A DNA stretch of 64,000 bases, taken from positions 7,620-71,619 of the IMG/VR virus record IMGVR_UViG_3300049321_000004; one strand, 5' to 3'. The notes under the pieces were generated by a model. That model was not told where the DNA came from. It saw only the letters and a program-made list of their open reading frames with translations, and did not search any database. Positions 1 to 9,048 of the stretch are shown in pieces. Numbering within the stretch: position 1 is the first letter of the stretch; every line of letters begins with the position of its first letter. Both the position numbers and the translations under genes were made by a program. The DNA is from a virus (Duplodnaviria > Caudoviricetes).

Positions 1-3
1 TTC

Positions 4-1251
4 GTGCCCACGCTGGAGATGAAGGATGCTCCTGAAGTGTCTCTGGCAGCAGAGCACATGAAGGATGTGTCTGATGATGTGAAGATTGTCCCGCTGAAGT
101 TCACTCCTGAAGGAGGCTGGCCCAAGGCTTGCAACCAGCACTTCAACGCCACTGTTCACATTGGTTCATCTACGGGATGCAACTGGTACTTCTGCGAACT
201 TGATACCACCCCCATGGTGGCAGATTGGCTGAACATCCTTGAGACGGATCTCAACATGTCAGGCAAGAACTACATGGGCTCTGTGGTTCCCACGAGGTTC
301 GAAGAAGGCATCAAGGGGGATCACATGGTGGGAAGTGCCATCTATGCCCACAACATGGGACAGACTGCTTCTCTCTGGAAGTTCTGTCACGCCCAGAGCA
401 AGACCCCGTTTGACATCTACCACCGTGATGAACTGCGCCCACGCTGGCATGCTTCCAAGTTCATGCAGCACATGTGGTCCACGGTGAACTACCGTGAGGT
501 GGACGGTAGGACCATTTGCGATCCCCATCCCGACAATCCCAAGGGCTCAGACCATTCTGGAGAAGTTCGTGATAACGCCGTAGTCGTTCATGGCTGCAAG
601 GACGGTTCACTGGCCCAACTTATCCTCTCCAAGCCACCCCGTGTTCTGGAAGGCGCGGCATCAGGTATCAAACCAGTTCAGAAGGTATTTTTCAGTGGAA
701 ATCCTGAAGTGTGGCGACTGGAGAAGCCAAAGGCAGAAGGACAGGACGAAACAGTAGTGACTCAAACTCCTGCTCCCGTGGCTTTTCAAGAGGAAGTGAC
801 GCCGGAAAAGCACTTCGAACGGCTTTGCGAAGCCCTTGGATTGTTCCACGAGGAACACTTGGACATCTACCAGTCCCTTCTCGACCGAATCAAGGCTCCC
901 ACAGAGGATTTGGCTGAGGAACCTGTGTCAGAGGTGGTAGAAGAGGTGAAAACCGCTCCAGAGGCCCCAGAATCGCAGGAAACGCCCGTTGAGATACCTG
1001 CTCCCATCGTGACTCCTCCTCCCGTGGTCCTTGAGGCCCCTGTTGAGGTAGCTTTCCCAACACTGGAAGACATCCTTGCTTCCAAGGGGAATGGATCCCT
1101 TCGCTTCTCCTTGGTGATGGCTCAATTTCAGATCCCGCCAGCGCAATCGGTGAAGTTCAAAGGTCACCTCAATGACCTTGGGTTCATCATCAACAAACTG
1201 GGCTGGATGACAGAGCCTGTTTCTGGGCAAGCGTCTTTTGCTACCGCTTGA
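4..1251 (+). CDS. Hypothetical protein, N-terminal glycosyltransferase-like domain plus Pro/Glu-rich linker (may be 5'-truncated)
   Basis: 415-aa ORF directly upstream of portal; WYFCELD resembles a GT-A acidic motif; low-complexity P/E/V C-terminal half. Confidence 0.45.
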   Translation: MPTLEMKDAPEVSLAAEHMKDVSDDVKIVPLKFTPEGGWPKACNQHFNATVHIGSSTGCNWYFCELDTTPMVADWLNILETDLNMSGKNYMGSVVPTRFEEGIKGDHMVGSAIYAHNMGQTASLWKFCHAQSKTPFDIYHRDELRPRWHASKFMQHMWSTVNYREVDGRTICDPHPDNPKGSDHSGEVRDNAVVVHGCKDGSLAQLILSKPPRVLEGAASGIKPVQKVFFSGNPEVWRLEKPKAEGQDETVVTQTPAPVAFQEEVTPEKHFERLCEALGLFHEEHLDIYQSLLDRIKAPTEDLAEEPVSEVVEEVKTAPEAPESQETPVEIPAPIVTPPPVVLEAPVEVAFPTLEDILASKGNGSLRFSLVMAQFQIPPAQSVKFKGHLNDLGFIINKLGWMTEPVSGQASFATA

Positions 1252-1276
1252 TTGACGGTCAGGTTATTATCCTGCC

Positions 1277-3598
1277 ATGGCCATTACTCCTCCCAACACT
1301 GTTACCACAGAAAACACCTCAGCGATCCCCGGTGTGTCGGAGGATGGCAAGACCATCACCAAGCAGGGGAGGATCAAGGATCCCCAGTCGGCCATCAATG
1401 TGTGTGAGACCATGCGGAGGGATGATCAACTTGCTGCCTTCAACCGCACCAAGGTTCAGGCCATGTTTGACGGCCTTCCCCCACGGTCTCAGGCTGAGAT
1501 GCAGCGACTTGGGCAGGGGAACTGCGCCAACGCCAACTGGGGTCAAGGGATTGAACTCTTGGAAGAAGCCAAAGCCCCCTATCCCGGCCTCATCCAGAAC
1601 ACGGAGATCCTATGCTCTCTCCCGTTGAAGAACGATTTCGGGGACGAGAACCTGCGAACCGACTGGCAGCCCATCATTGAGGAGGAGTTTACCGTCATGC
1701 TCAGGAAGTGGAGCGGGTTCTACCCCAACTTCCTCCAACTGGTGCATCAGGTGAAGGCTCACGGGGTGGGGGTCATGTATTGGGAAGACGCTCTGGATTG
1801 GCGATTCTCCGTGGATGGGCTTCAGCGCTTCAAGTTCCCCCGTAACGTCAAACCGGACGCGGACTTCATCGAGATGTGTGGCTGTGAGGTCTCCATGCTG
1901 CCGCACCAGCTCTATGCCCGTATCCGCAACCCGGAGATTGCAGAGAAACTGGGATGGAATGTTGAAGCCTGCCGCAAAGCACTGGTAGACGCTCAACCGA
2001 ATCTACCCCAATACACCGACTGGGAATGGTGGGAACAGCAGTTCAAGAACAACGACTACCTCATGTCCTTCAACGGACAAGGAGAGCAGCCCACAGTGAA
2101 CGGGTGGTACCTCTGGGCCAAGGAGGCTGATGGTACGGTCTCTCACTATTTTGTGAACCGGGACAATCCGGGACAGGACTTCCTCTTCAAGAAAGAGGGC
2201 AGGTTCTCCAGCATGGGAAGCCAGATGGTGCTCTTTACCGATGACGTGGGTTCCAATGGGACGCTCCATTCCATCCGTGGACTGGGGCAGGTCATCTTCT
2301 CCAAGGTCTTGGCTGACAATCAGATCTACAACCGCATGGTGGATCTGGCGGTCTTTACCTCCACGCCCATCTTTGAGCAGGCCGATGAGGATAGCCTGAT
2401 GACAGACGCCTTGATCCCCGTGGGGGCTTTCAATGTCCTTGGAAGTGGATGGAAGTTCCCTGATCGTCAGATGCCAGACTACAGCCGGTCCCTGATGCCC
2501 ATGATTGAGACCTTGCGGGATCGCATGCTCTCCGCCTCCTCACGCTACACCCAGACGGCCCCCACCCTCCAAGGACGCCAGCCTTCCACCAAGTACGGGG
2601 AACAGGTGCGCCAAAACAGCCTTGCCGCCCTGTCTGATGCGCAGATCAACCTCTTCATGGCCCCATGGGAACGTGGTATGAAGAACATCGTGCGTCGTGT
2701 CACCCGCAAGAACTACATGAATATGGAGCCGGGAGGACATGAGGTGGCGGAGTTCAAGCGCCGTTGCCTCATCCGGGGCGTTCCCACCGAGGCCATTGAA
2801 CACATTGATGTGGATTCAGTGCGCGTAGTCATCCCCCTTGGAGCAGGCTCACCAGCAGCCCGCACGATGATTCTGGAACAGTTGCTGCCCATCATGCCAT
2901 CCTACGACCAGACGGGTCAGGCGTACTTCCGCCGTGACTACACGGTGGCTGTGGCTGGGGTACAGGCAGCCAACCGCTACGCCCCTGCCAGTGGTATCAT
3001 GCGGACTCCCATGGATGTTCCTCTGGCCACCCTCCAGAACTCCAGCCTGCGTGAAGGATTCCCCCAGCCGGTGTACGACACGGACAACAACCTTGTCCAT
3101 GCCCAGACCCACCTTTCCGGGGAGAACGGCATCCAGAGCATTGTCATGCAGATGCAGCCGGAAGGACAGATGCCCATCACGGAGTCCATCCCCCAGCTTG
3201 AACCGCTCTATACGCACGGCATGGAGCACCTCCAACTGGCAGATCCCAACAATCCGCTCACCCGAGAACTCACCCAAGAGTACCAGCGGGTCAGTGGCAT
3301 CCTTCACAACGGGGCCTTGCAGCTTCAGAAGCTCGAAGAACAGGCTGCTCGTGACGCAGAAGGTGGCCTAGGATCGCAGAACGGCCAGATGACGGGCGAA
3401 GGTGGACCAGAGCAAGGAAAGGGCATGAAAATCATCCAGAGCGTGCTGGAGAGCCAAGCAAAGCTCAAGATCATCCGCGAGAAGGCTGAGTTGGAGAACC
3501 AGATCAAGCGGGAGAGAGCAAATCAGGATATGGCCATTCGTGATGCCCAAGCCGCCTATGACCTGAGGCGCAAGGCACTGATGGAGACAGCCGCATAA
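1277..3598 (+). CDS. Portal (head-tail connector) protein
   Basis: 773 aa, position between terminase end and scaffold/capsid, Q-rich helical C-terminus typical of podoviral portals. Confidence 0.75.
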   Translation: MAITPPNTVTTENTSAIPGVSEDGKTITKQGRIKDPQSAINVCETMRRDDQLAAFNRTKVQAMFDGLPPRSQAEMQRLGQGNCANANWGQGIELLEEAKAPYPGLIQNTEILCSLPLKNDFGDENLRTDWQPIIEEEFTVMLRKWSGFYPNFLQLVHQVKAHGVGVMYWEDALDWRFSVDGLQRFKFPRNVKPDADFIEMCGCEVSMLPHQLYARIRNPEIAEKLGWNVEACRKALVDAQPNLPQYTDWEWWEQQFKNNDYLMSFNGQGEQPTVNGWYLWAKEADGTVSHYFVNRDNPGQDFLFKKEGRFSSMGSQMVLFTDDVGSNGTLHSIRGLGQVIFSKVLADNQIYNRMVDLAVFTSTPIFEQADEDSLMTDALIPVGAFNVLGSGWKFPDRQMPDYSRSLMPMIETLRDRMLSASSRYTQTAPTLQGRQPSTKYGEQVRQNSLAALSDAQINLFMAPWERGMKNIVRRVTRKNYMNMEPGGHEVAEFKRRCLIRGVPTEAIEHIDVDSVRVVIPLGAGSPAARTMILEQLLPIMPSYDQTGQAYFRRDYTVAVAGVQAANRYAPASGIMRTPMDVPLATLQNSSLREGFPQPVYDTDNNLVHAQTHLSGENGIQSIVMQMQPEGQMPITESIPQLEPLYTHGMEHLQLADPNNPLTRELTQEYQRVSGILHNGALQLQKLEEQAARDAEGGLGSQNGQMTGEGGPEQGKGMKIIQSVLESQAKLKIIREKAELENQIKRERANQDMAIRDAQAAYDLRRKALMETAA

Positions 3599-3601
3599 TT
3601 C

Positions 3602-3922
3602 ATGACACCCAAAGAATTCAGAGAACGAGTACCGCTCAGGGATGCCCTGCAAGCCTTCCTGTCCACCCCGGCAGGAGTCGAGACCATCAACACCTTGGAG
3701 AGGATGCAGCGCCCTGCCCGCATCACCGTTCCGGGACTCTCTCCCAGCGAGTACACGACCCTGATGGGAACTGTGCAGATCTTCCAGACAGGGTGGAATG
3801 AGTGCCTCAATGCCATGAAACTCCTCACCAAGGCTCCCAGAACCGGAGAGCCAGAAGTTGTGGAGGAAGCCTACAACTACCTTCTGCCACCTGACGCCAC
3901 CAAGCCTGTTTCCAACACCTAA
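3602..3922 (+). CDS. Hypothetical protein
   Basis: 106-aa ORF tightly packed between portal and scaffold. Confidence 0.7.
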   Translation: MTPKEFRERVPLRDALQAFLSTPAGVETINTLERMQRPARITVPGLSPSEYTTLMGTVQIFQTGWNECLNAMKLLTKAPRTGEPEVVEEAYNYLLPPDATKPVSNT

Positions 3923-3934
3923 CCACCTACCTTT

Positions 3935-5320
3935 ATGCCTGACGCACCCGCTGCTGCTCCCATGGTTCCCAATGGACCCCCTCCCAATGCCGTGGACCCA
4001 CGGTCATCCCAACGTCCTGCATGGGCTGACAAGCAGGCCAATGATGTGGCTGCCGCCAAGGAACGCCTTGGACTAAGTGGTAACAGCAGCTTCCTGGATC
4101 GCGTGATGGCCAAGACCAGTCCTGATGCTGAACCGAAGAAGGATGCGCCACTGGACACCCGTGGCACCAAGGTTCTTGGGAAGGATCAGGTCAACCAGCC
4201 TGCCAAAAAGGTGGAAATCAAGGAGAACGCCCCTCCTGAGAAAGCCTCGTCTGCTGAAGCCATTGAAAGCCTGCTCAATGGGGAGATTGAAGCGGCTGAT
4301 CTGGCCAAGGAAAAGGGCAAGGAAGAGTTGAAGTCCAAGGATGAACCCAAGGACGATGAACTGGAGCCCAAGGCCAAGGATCCCGCCCAGCAGGACAAGG
4401 GTGAGGAGCGCAAGGCCTACAAGTGGGGCGAGCTGAAGAAAGCTGCCAATGAAAGAGACGAGCTTATTCCTCAAGTTGCTCAGTTGAAGGCCGAGAATGA
4501 GGAGTTGAAGAAAGTATCCAAACTCAAGGAATACGAAGAACTCTCTAAAAAATACGAGGAGACCAGCAGCAAGCTGGCCGCATTCGACGTGAAGGAGTCC
4601 CCGGAGTTTCGTGAGCATGTGATGCAGCCCATTGATGAACGCTACGGGCTGCTTGAAGGGCTGGCCAAGGAGTACAAGCTGGACATGGAAGCCATCGAGA
4701 AGGCTCTTGCGCTGCCTGAGAAGGTGGCAAGGAACCGTGCCATAGCCAAGATCCTTGCCGAGAGTGAGGATCCTATTGATTCGGTGTCACAGGCAGATGC
4801 CGCCCGTGCCGCCAGTGAGATCTTTGAACTCCGCCAGTACGGTACGGAACTCCAGAAGAACGCTAAGGCAGCGCTGGAGGCCATGAAGCTGGAGCGGGAG
4901 AAGAGTGATGGAGAGAAGACTGCCAAGCAGCAGAAGGAGTTTGCTGACACCGCAAAGATTACGTGGGATCGCCTCACCAAGGCTGTTCCCTACCTCAAGG
5001 AAAACCCTGCTGAAGCCAAGGCCATCTTTGAAGCACTCAAGCCCGAGGAGATGGGGAAGGCCCCTCCTGCCATCCAAGCCTACAATGCCTACGCCGGTCA
5101 GATCCTCACCCGACTGCTGCCCCAGCACAAGCAGGCCATTGCCGCCAAGGATGGTCGTATTGCAGAGTTGGAGAGTCGGATCTCAGAACTGACCAATGGT
5201 GGACCCTCCATCAACGGTGATCAGCCAAGAAGTGAGCAGAATGGTCACCAGAACCCGCTGATGAGGCCACAGGGTGTCTCCATGGCTGACTGGATTCTGG
5301 CGAAGAGTAACGGCAGGTAA
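3935..5320 (+). CDS. Capsid scaffolding protein (putative)
   Basis: K/E/A-rich coiled-coil protein upstream of the capsid gene with a short C-terminal helix (SMADWILAK). Confidence 0.65.
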   Translation: MPDAPAAAPMVPNGPPPNAVDPRSSQRPAWADKQANDVAAAKERLGLSGNSSFLDRVMAKTSPDAEPKKDAPLDTRGTKVLGKDQVNQPAKKVEIKENAPPEKASSAEAIESLLNGEIEAADLAKEKGKEELKSKDEPKDDELEPKAKDPAQQDKGEERKAYKWGELKKAANERDELIPQVAQLKAENEELKKVSKLKEYEELSKKYEETSSKLAAFDVKESPEFREHVMQPIDERYGLLEGLAKEYKLDMEAIEKALALPEKVARNRAIAKILAESEDPIDSVSQADAARAASEIFELRQYGTELQKNAKAALEAMKLEREKSDGEKTAKQQKEFADTAKITWDRLTKAVPYLKENPAEAKAIFEALKPEEMGKAPPAIQAYNAYAGQILTRLLPQHKQAIAAKDGRIAELESRISELTNGGPSINGDQPRSEQNGHQNPLMRPQGVSMADWILAKSNGR

Positions 5321-5329
5321 GTTACCAAC

Positions 5330-6064
5330 AGTTACCAGTATCTGAAGACTGCTTCTTTACTGGTGAACTTTGAGAACACGGCACAGTTCTCCCATTGCTG
5401 GGAGAGACCATGTAACTGAAAACGCTTCCCCACCGGAGCCACCCTGAGTTTCCGTCACACAAGGATTCAAGATCCTTGTCCGGGAGAGCGCCACGGTGCA
5501 GATGCATGCTAACGACGCTTGTGATTCTCCCGGCATGTTCCCCCTCAGTTTCCTGAGGCATCGCTTTTACCCAGCCTGCTTGTCTCAAATCCGGCTGGAA
5601 CCGTTACTGTGTAAATCCAGAGTCCAACGGGCAGGGCTTGATACCTGCTTGGCCAATTTTCTCCCGAACAGCGATCAACCTGTCCTTGTCAGGCTACCGG
5701 CTGGCACACGACCGCGACCGGCATGCTTCTGGGATTGGACTGTACTCTCGTGGCATTCCGCTTGGCTCGGAGCCTTGTCTCCGCGTGTCCTTCCACGCCG
5801 CCGCTGGACTCTGGATTTACTGAGAAGGCTGAAGTGGAGCGCCGCCGACTCGAACGGCAGTGGCTAGACCGTCACTCGCCCCATTTCAACCTTCTCTACA
5901 CCCTCTCCGGCCCGAGTTGCCCACGCAGGGACTCTACCAGAATGTCGCAGAGGGATTCTGCCAAACAAAAGAGCCGAGCAGGGGTGGAGTCCTAGCTCGG
6001 CTCAGTTGAGGGTTGCTCAAGTGGTCGAATCGCTTCGACTCCACCGAAGCAACCCTTTTGGTCT
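5330..6064 (-). ncRNA. Candidate large structured non-coding RNA, antisense to the virion operon
   Basis: No credible ORF; 20-bp helix 5611-5630/5801-5820; >10 hairpins; GNRA loops (GCGA, GAAA, GCAA) and G-U pairs favour the minus strand; upstream promoter. Confidence 0.65.
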
Positions 6065-6070
6065 GACAGA

Positions 6071-6099
6071 AGAATGGGGTAATCCGCCAATACCCGCAA
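6071..6099 (-). promoter_or_regulatory. Sigma70-like promoter for the antisense RNA
   Basis: Minus strand TTGCGG-17 nt-CATTCT. Confidence 0.5.
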
Positions 6100-6107
6100 C
6101 TATTTTC

Positions 6108-6136
6108 TGGACTTTTTACACACCTCCATTAATCAT
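6108..6136 (+). promoter_or_regulatory. Possible sigma70-like promoter for capsid transcript (divergent from the antisense promoter)
   Basis: TGGACT-16/17 nt-TAATCA(T) in an AT-rich island. Confidence 0.35.
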
Positions 6137-6142
6137 GTGTTC

Positions 6143-6372
6143 AGCGCGAGGTAATTAACCTCGAAAACCTCTCGGACTTAGCGCAGTTTGGGAACCCTAG
6201 AGCTTAAAGCACACGACGGCCTAGCTCGGCTTGTCACCCTGTTCTCCCTCGTTCGGCAGGCCCCATGATGGGCTCCGACTGCAACAGCAGTGCTTTGTCT
6301 CCTACCGGAGGCCCTTGTCCAGCGCGGGAATCACTCAACCGTTCCCAACCGATCCGCTGGATCATCCCCAAA
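6143..6372 (+). promoter_or_regulatory. Long structured 5' leader of the major capsid gene
   Basis: Hairpins CGAGGT/ACCTCG (6147-6163), CCCA-TGA-TGGG, and CCAGCG..GGGAA/TTCCC..CGCTGG ending 12 nt before ATG 6373. Confidence 0.45.
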
Positions 6373-7542
6373 ATGGCTAATCAAGACGACTTGTTCGCAA
6401 CAGAGGCACTCCGTATGGAGGGCGAAATCGCAGAAGTGGGACGCTATGTGTCCCCCTTCTCCACCGTGCTGGAAAAGGGAGTGGCTCCCGATGGCATGGG
6501 ATTTAACTTCCAATCCGTGGTGAATGAACGGTCCATCCCGACCTCCACCTACGACTGGCAGGAACTACAGGCCAACGACGGAACAGGCAACACCTGTGCC
6601 CCGAACGCCGACATCATCCGCCCCGCCCGCTCCATCAAGGACTGGGCACTGGAACAGCTTGCCTTCAACAGCAACCAGATCTGCGTGGAAGACATTCGCC
6701 GCAGCTACAACCGCGCCCAGCAGGCACAGGCAGACCGCGACAACTTCCGTGACAACATCATCGACACATGGGAGATCAAGGACCGCCGCGAATACACCAA
6801 GTGGGCACGCTGGAAGTACGTGGCGGCAGAAGGCATGCCCTACACGGATCAGAGCATCGAGTTCCCCCTTGTACCGGCCACCAGCCCGCTCACCGCAGGC
6901 ACCCTCCGCACAATCCGCAGCCGCATGATCCGAGACGGTGCAGGCCGTCGTGGCAGCTACGCCAAGTCCGATGGAGCACCGGTCTTCATCGTCTTCATGA
7001 GTTCCGAACAACAGGAAGGAATCCTGCTCCGGGACAACGAAGTGCGGCAGGACTACCGCTGGGCCGAACCCAAGGAGCTGCTGAAGCCCTTCGGCATGGA
7101 CCGCACCTATCAGGGCTGGTACCACACCATTGACGACAAGCTGCCCCGCTACGACTTCGAAGGCGGAGCATGGGTAGAACGCCCCTTCTATGTGAACACC
7201 CCGACCACCATCGGGGAGAGCGCCGAATTGAACCCAGCCTACGAGACGGCAGGGTACGAGGATGTCATCGTGTTCCACCCAGATGTGGTGACGAGGATGG
7301 TGCCTTCCAGCTTCACGAGTGGTGGAGGCGGGACCCAGTTCGACCCGATCAACTATGGGGGCGAGGTGCGCTGGGTGAATTTCCCATCGTACACCAGTGA
7401 GTACTACAACATCGACGGGAACACCGGGTTCTTCCGGGCGAGGTTGACTGCTGGGTATAGACCGCAAACTACCAGATACGGATATGTGTTGAGGGTCAAG
7501 CGGTGTGTCAACCAGACCTGGTCGCTAGTTGGCTGTTCCTGA
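6373..7542 (+). CDS. Major capsid protein
   Basis: 389 aa from ATG 6373 (MANQDDLF), follows scaffold, strongly biased codon use, followed by a terminator. Confidence 0.75.
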   Translation: MANQDDLFATEALRMEGEIAEVGRYVSPFSTVLEKGVAPDGMGFNFQSVVNERSIPTSTYDWQELQANDGTGNTCAPNADIIRPARSIKDWALEQLAFNSNQICVEDIRRSYNRAQQAQADRDNFRDNIIDTWEIKDRREYTKWARWKYVAAEGMPYTDQSIEFPLVPATSPLTAGTLRTIRSRMIRDGAGRRGSYAKSDGAPVFIVFMSSEQQEGILLRDNEVRQDYRWAEPKELLKPFGMDRTYQGWYHTIDDKLPRYDFEGGAWVERPFYVNTPTTIGESAELNPAYETAGYEDVIVFHPDVVTRMVPSSFTSGGGGTQFDPINYGGEVRWVNFPSYTSEYYNIDGNTGFFRARLTAGYRPQTTRYGYVLRVKRCVNQTWSLVGCS

Positions 7543-7559
7543 ACGAGTTATGAACCTTT

Positions 7560-7598
7560 TACTGCCCTACAGAACGTTCTGTAGGGCAGTATTTGTTT
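7560..7598 (+). terminator. Rho-independent terminator (perfect 32-bp palindrome plus T tract)
   Basis: TACTGCCCTACAGAAC/GTTCTGTAGGGCAGTA at 7560-7591 followed by TTTGTTT. Confidence 0.75.
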
Positions 7599-7699
7599 AC
7601 AGAATGTTCTTGCATCTTATAACCTTTTGCGCCATCATGGGCGCACCCCCAGCCGATGACAGTCGGAATGGAGGTGCTAACTCAACCCATGATCTTACC

Positions 7700-8341
7700 A
7701 TGAGCCAAGATGTAGATATTAACGTCGAAGAAACCGTTTCGTTCAACTTGTCCGAAAAAGACATTGAGAGGTTTCACTCAAAATATTCCAAACATGCTGC
7801 GCAGAACTGCTGGAACTGGAAGGCTGGCTGTTTCAGCACGGGCTATCCAGCATTCAAGGTTAACGGAAAGACTGTTCACGGAAATCGTGTGGCCTATTTT
7901 TTAGGAAATGGTCCCCTTGAAAAGGGAAAGGTTGTGCGTCATTCGTGCGACAACCCAAAGTGCGTGAATCCATTCCACCTCTTAATTGGATCGCATCAGG
8001 ATAATATGCGAGACATGGTTGAAAGAGGAAGGTCTGCGAAAGGAAATAAAAACGGAACTCGTCTCTACCCCGAGAGACTGAAGAGAGGTGAGGATCACCC
8101 CGGATTCAATAATCCCGGCATGTATCATCGCGGGGATGAGCATTGGACTCACAAGAAGCCCGAGCTACTTAAGCGCGGCTCAGACCATGGTTCCGCCAAA
8201 CTGAACGAGGAAAAGGTTCTTGCGATTCGTGCAAAATTCGCTGCTGGGGGAGTATCAAAAGCTGCCCTCGGAAGAGAATATGGTGTAAACGAGTGCATGA
8301 TCGGATTTATCATTCGCCGAGAAAAGTGGACCCACATCTAA
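7700..8341 (+). CDS. HNH homing endonuclease with C-terminal DNA-binding repeats/HTH
   Basis: CWNW..VRHSCDNPKCVNPFHL.IGSHQDN motif; G-x-x-H repeats then AKLNE; more AT-rich than its neighbours. Confidence 0.9.
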   Translation: MSQDVDINVEETVSFNLSEKDIERFHSKYSKHAAQNCWNWKAGCFSTGYPAFKVNGKTVHGNRVAYFLGNGPLEKGKVVRHSCDNPKCVNPFHLLIGSHQDNMRDMVERGRSAKGNKNGTRLYPERLKRGEDHPGFNNPGMYHRGDEHWTHKKPELLKRGSDHGSAKLNEEKVLAIRAKFAAGGVSKAALGREYGVNECMIGFIIRREKWTHI

Positions 8342-8353
8342 CTATCCCCTCCC

Positions 8354-8611
8354 ATGCCTGAAATGCCCGAAATCGATCTGCCGGACGGATTTGGTCCCCC
8401 ACAAGGGACTGAGCCCGGACAAGACTATGAAGCTGTGGTCGTTCTCAGGGAGAAGCCCAATGGCAAAACCTGCGTCGTGTCCTTGGATGGAAGCCGGTAC
8501 CAATCCGAGGATGACGACTACGACGAAGAGGAAGAAGTAGAAACCACCGAAGAAGTTGTGGAACAACCTGCTGGCCCTGATCTGGGGTTTGCCAACCGGC
8601 TCATGCAATGA
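8354..8611 (+). CDS. Small acidic hypothetical virion-region protein
   Basis: 85-aa ORF overlapping the next start (ATGA). Confidence 0.65.
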   Translation: MPEMPEIDLPDGFGPPQGTEPGQDYEAVVVLREKPNGKTCVVSLDGSRYQSEDDDYDEEEEVETTEEVVEQPAGPDLGFANRLMQ

Positions 8612-8817
8612 CCTTCGCCAACGGCCTCCAACCTCAACAGGGTGATTCCGACTGGATCCTCTGGGCCAAGATCACCCAGATGCTGGCCGAGGGTCATGCC
8701 ACGGAGAATCCACCCGGAAACTTCGCCAACGGCATCTACCCCCAAGGCGATGACACGGACCACCAGTTCTACGCCAAATCAGCGGCCCTGACCTACGCAT
8801 GGGACCAATCCTCCTAG
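8608..8817 (+). CDS. Small virion protein with two copies of the P-x-Q-x-D-x-D-x(2-3)-L/F-x(2)-K motif
   Basis: PQQGDSDWILWAKI and YPQGDDTDHQFYAK. Confidence 0.65.
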   Translation: MTFANGLQPQQGDSDWILWAKITQMLAEGHATENPPGNFANGIYPQGDDTDHQFYAKSAALTYAWDQSS

Positions 8818-8820
8818 ACT

Positions 8821-9042
8821 ATGGCCCTCGACTACTTCCCCTACGCTGAACCCTCACAGGGGGATACGGACCACGATCTCTTCCTGAAGATCGCCACAGC
8901 CCTGTACTTGGTCCAGCAGCAATCCCCGACACAAGGGGCGGCAGTGGCTAGTCTGGGTGGAGTAGGAGATCTGGCAGCAGTACGGGACAAGGTGGATGAA
9001 CTTCTGGTCTCCCTGCGAAACGCCCAAGTAATCGCTACCTAG
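8821..9042 (+). CDS. Small virion protein with the same N-terminal motif
   Basis: EPSQGDTDHDLFLKIATALY; C-terminal RDKVDELLVSLRNA helix. Confidence 0.65.
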   Translation: MALDYFPYAEPSQGDTDHDLFLKIATALYLVQQQSPTQGAAVASLGGVGDLAAVRDKVDELLVSLRNAQVIAT

Positions 9043-9048
9043 ACCTCC

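Noticed and set aside
5862-5870. CUA triplet in the tRNA-like module as an amber suppressor anticodon
   Set aside because: It lies in the D-arm-like loop, not in a 7-nt anticodon loop; genome stops look standard
5322-5995. ORFs 5322-5588, 5496-5867, 5638-5823, 5723-5995
   Set aside because: Overlapping, atypical composition, no start context; better explained as shadows of a structured RNA
5330-6064. Assignment as tmRNA, RNase P RNA or group I/II intron
   Set aside because: No tag ORF or terminal CCA arrangement, no GAGGAAAGUCC core, no recognisable intron core or domain V, and it does not interrupt a gene
6265-6372. Longer 425-aa start for the capsid protein
   Set aside because: The extension is low-quality sequence lying in leader hairpins; ATG 6373 fits better
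7560-7591. Perfect palindrome as a protelomerase target
   Set aside because: No protelomerase gene; position after capsid stop with T tract fits a terminator
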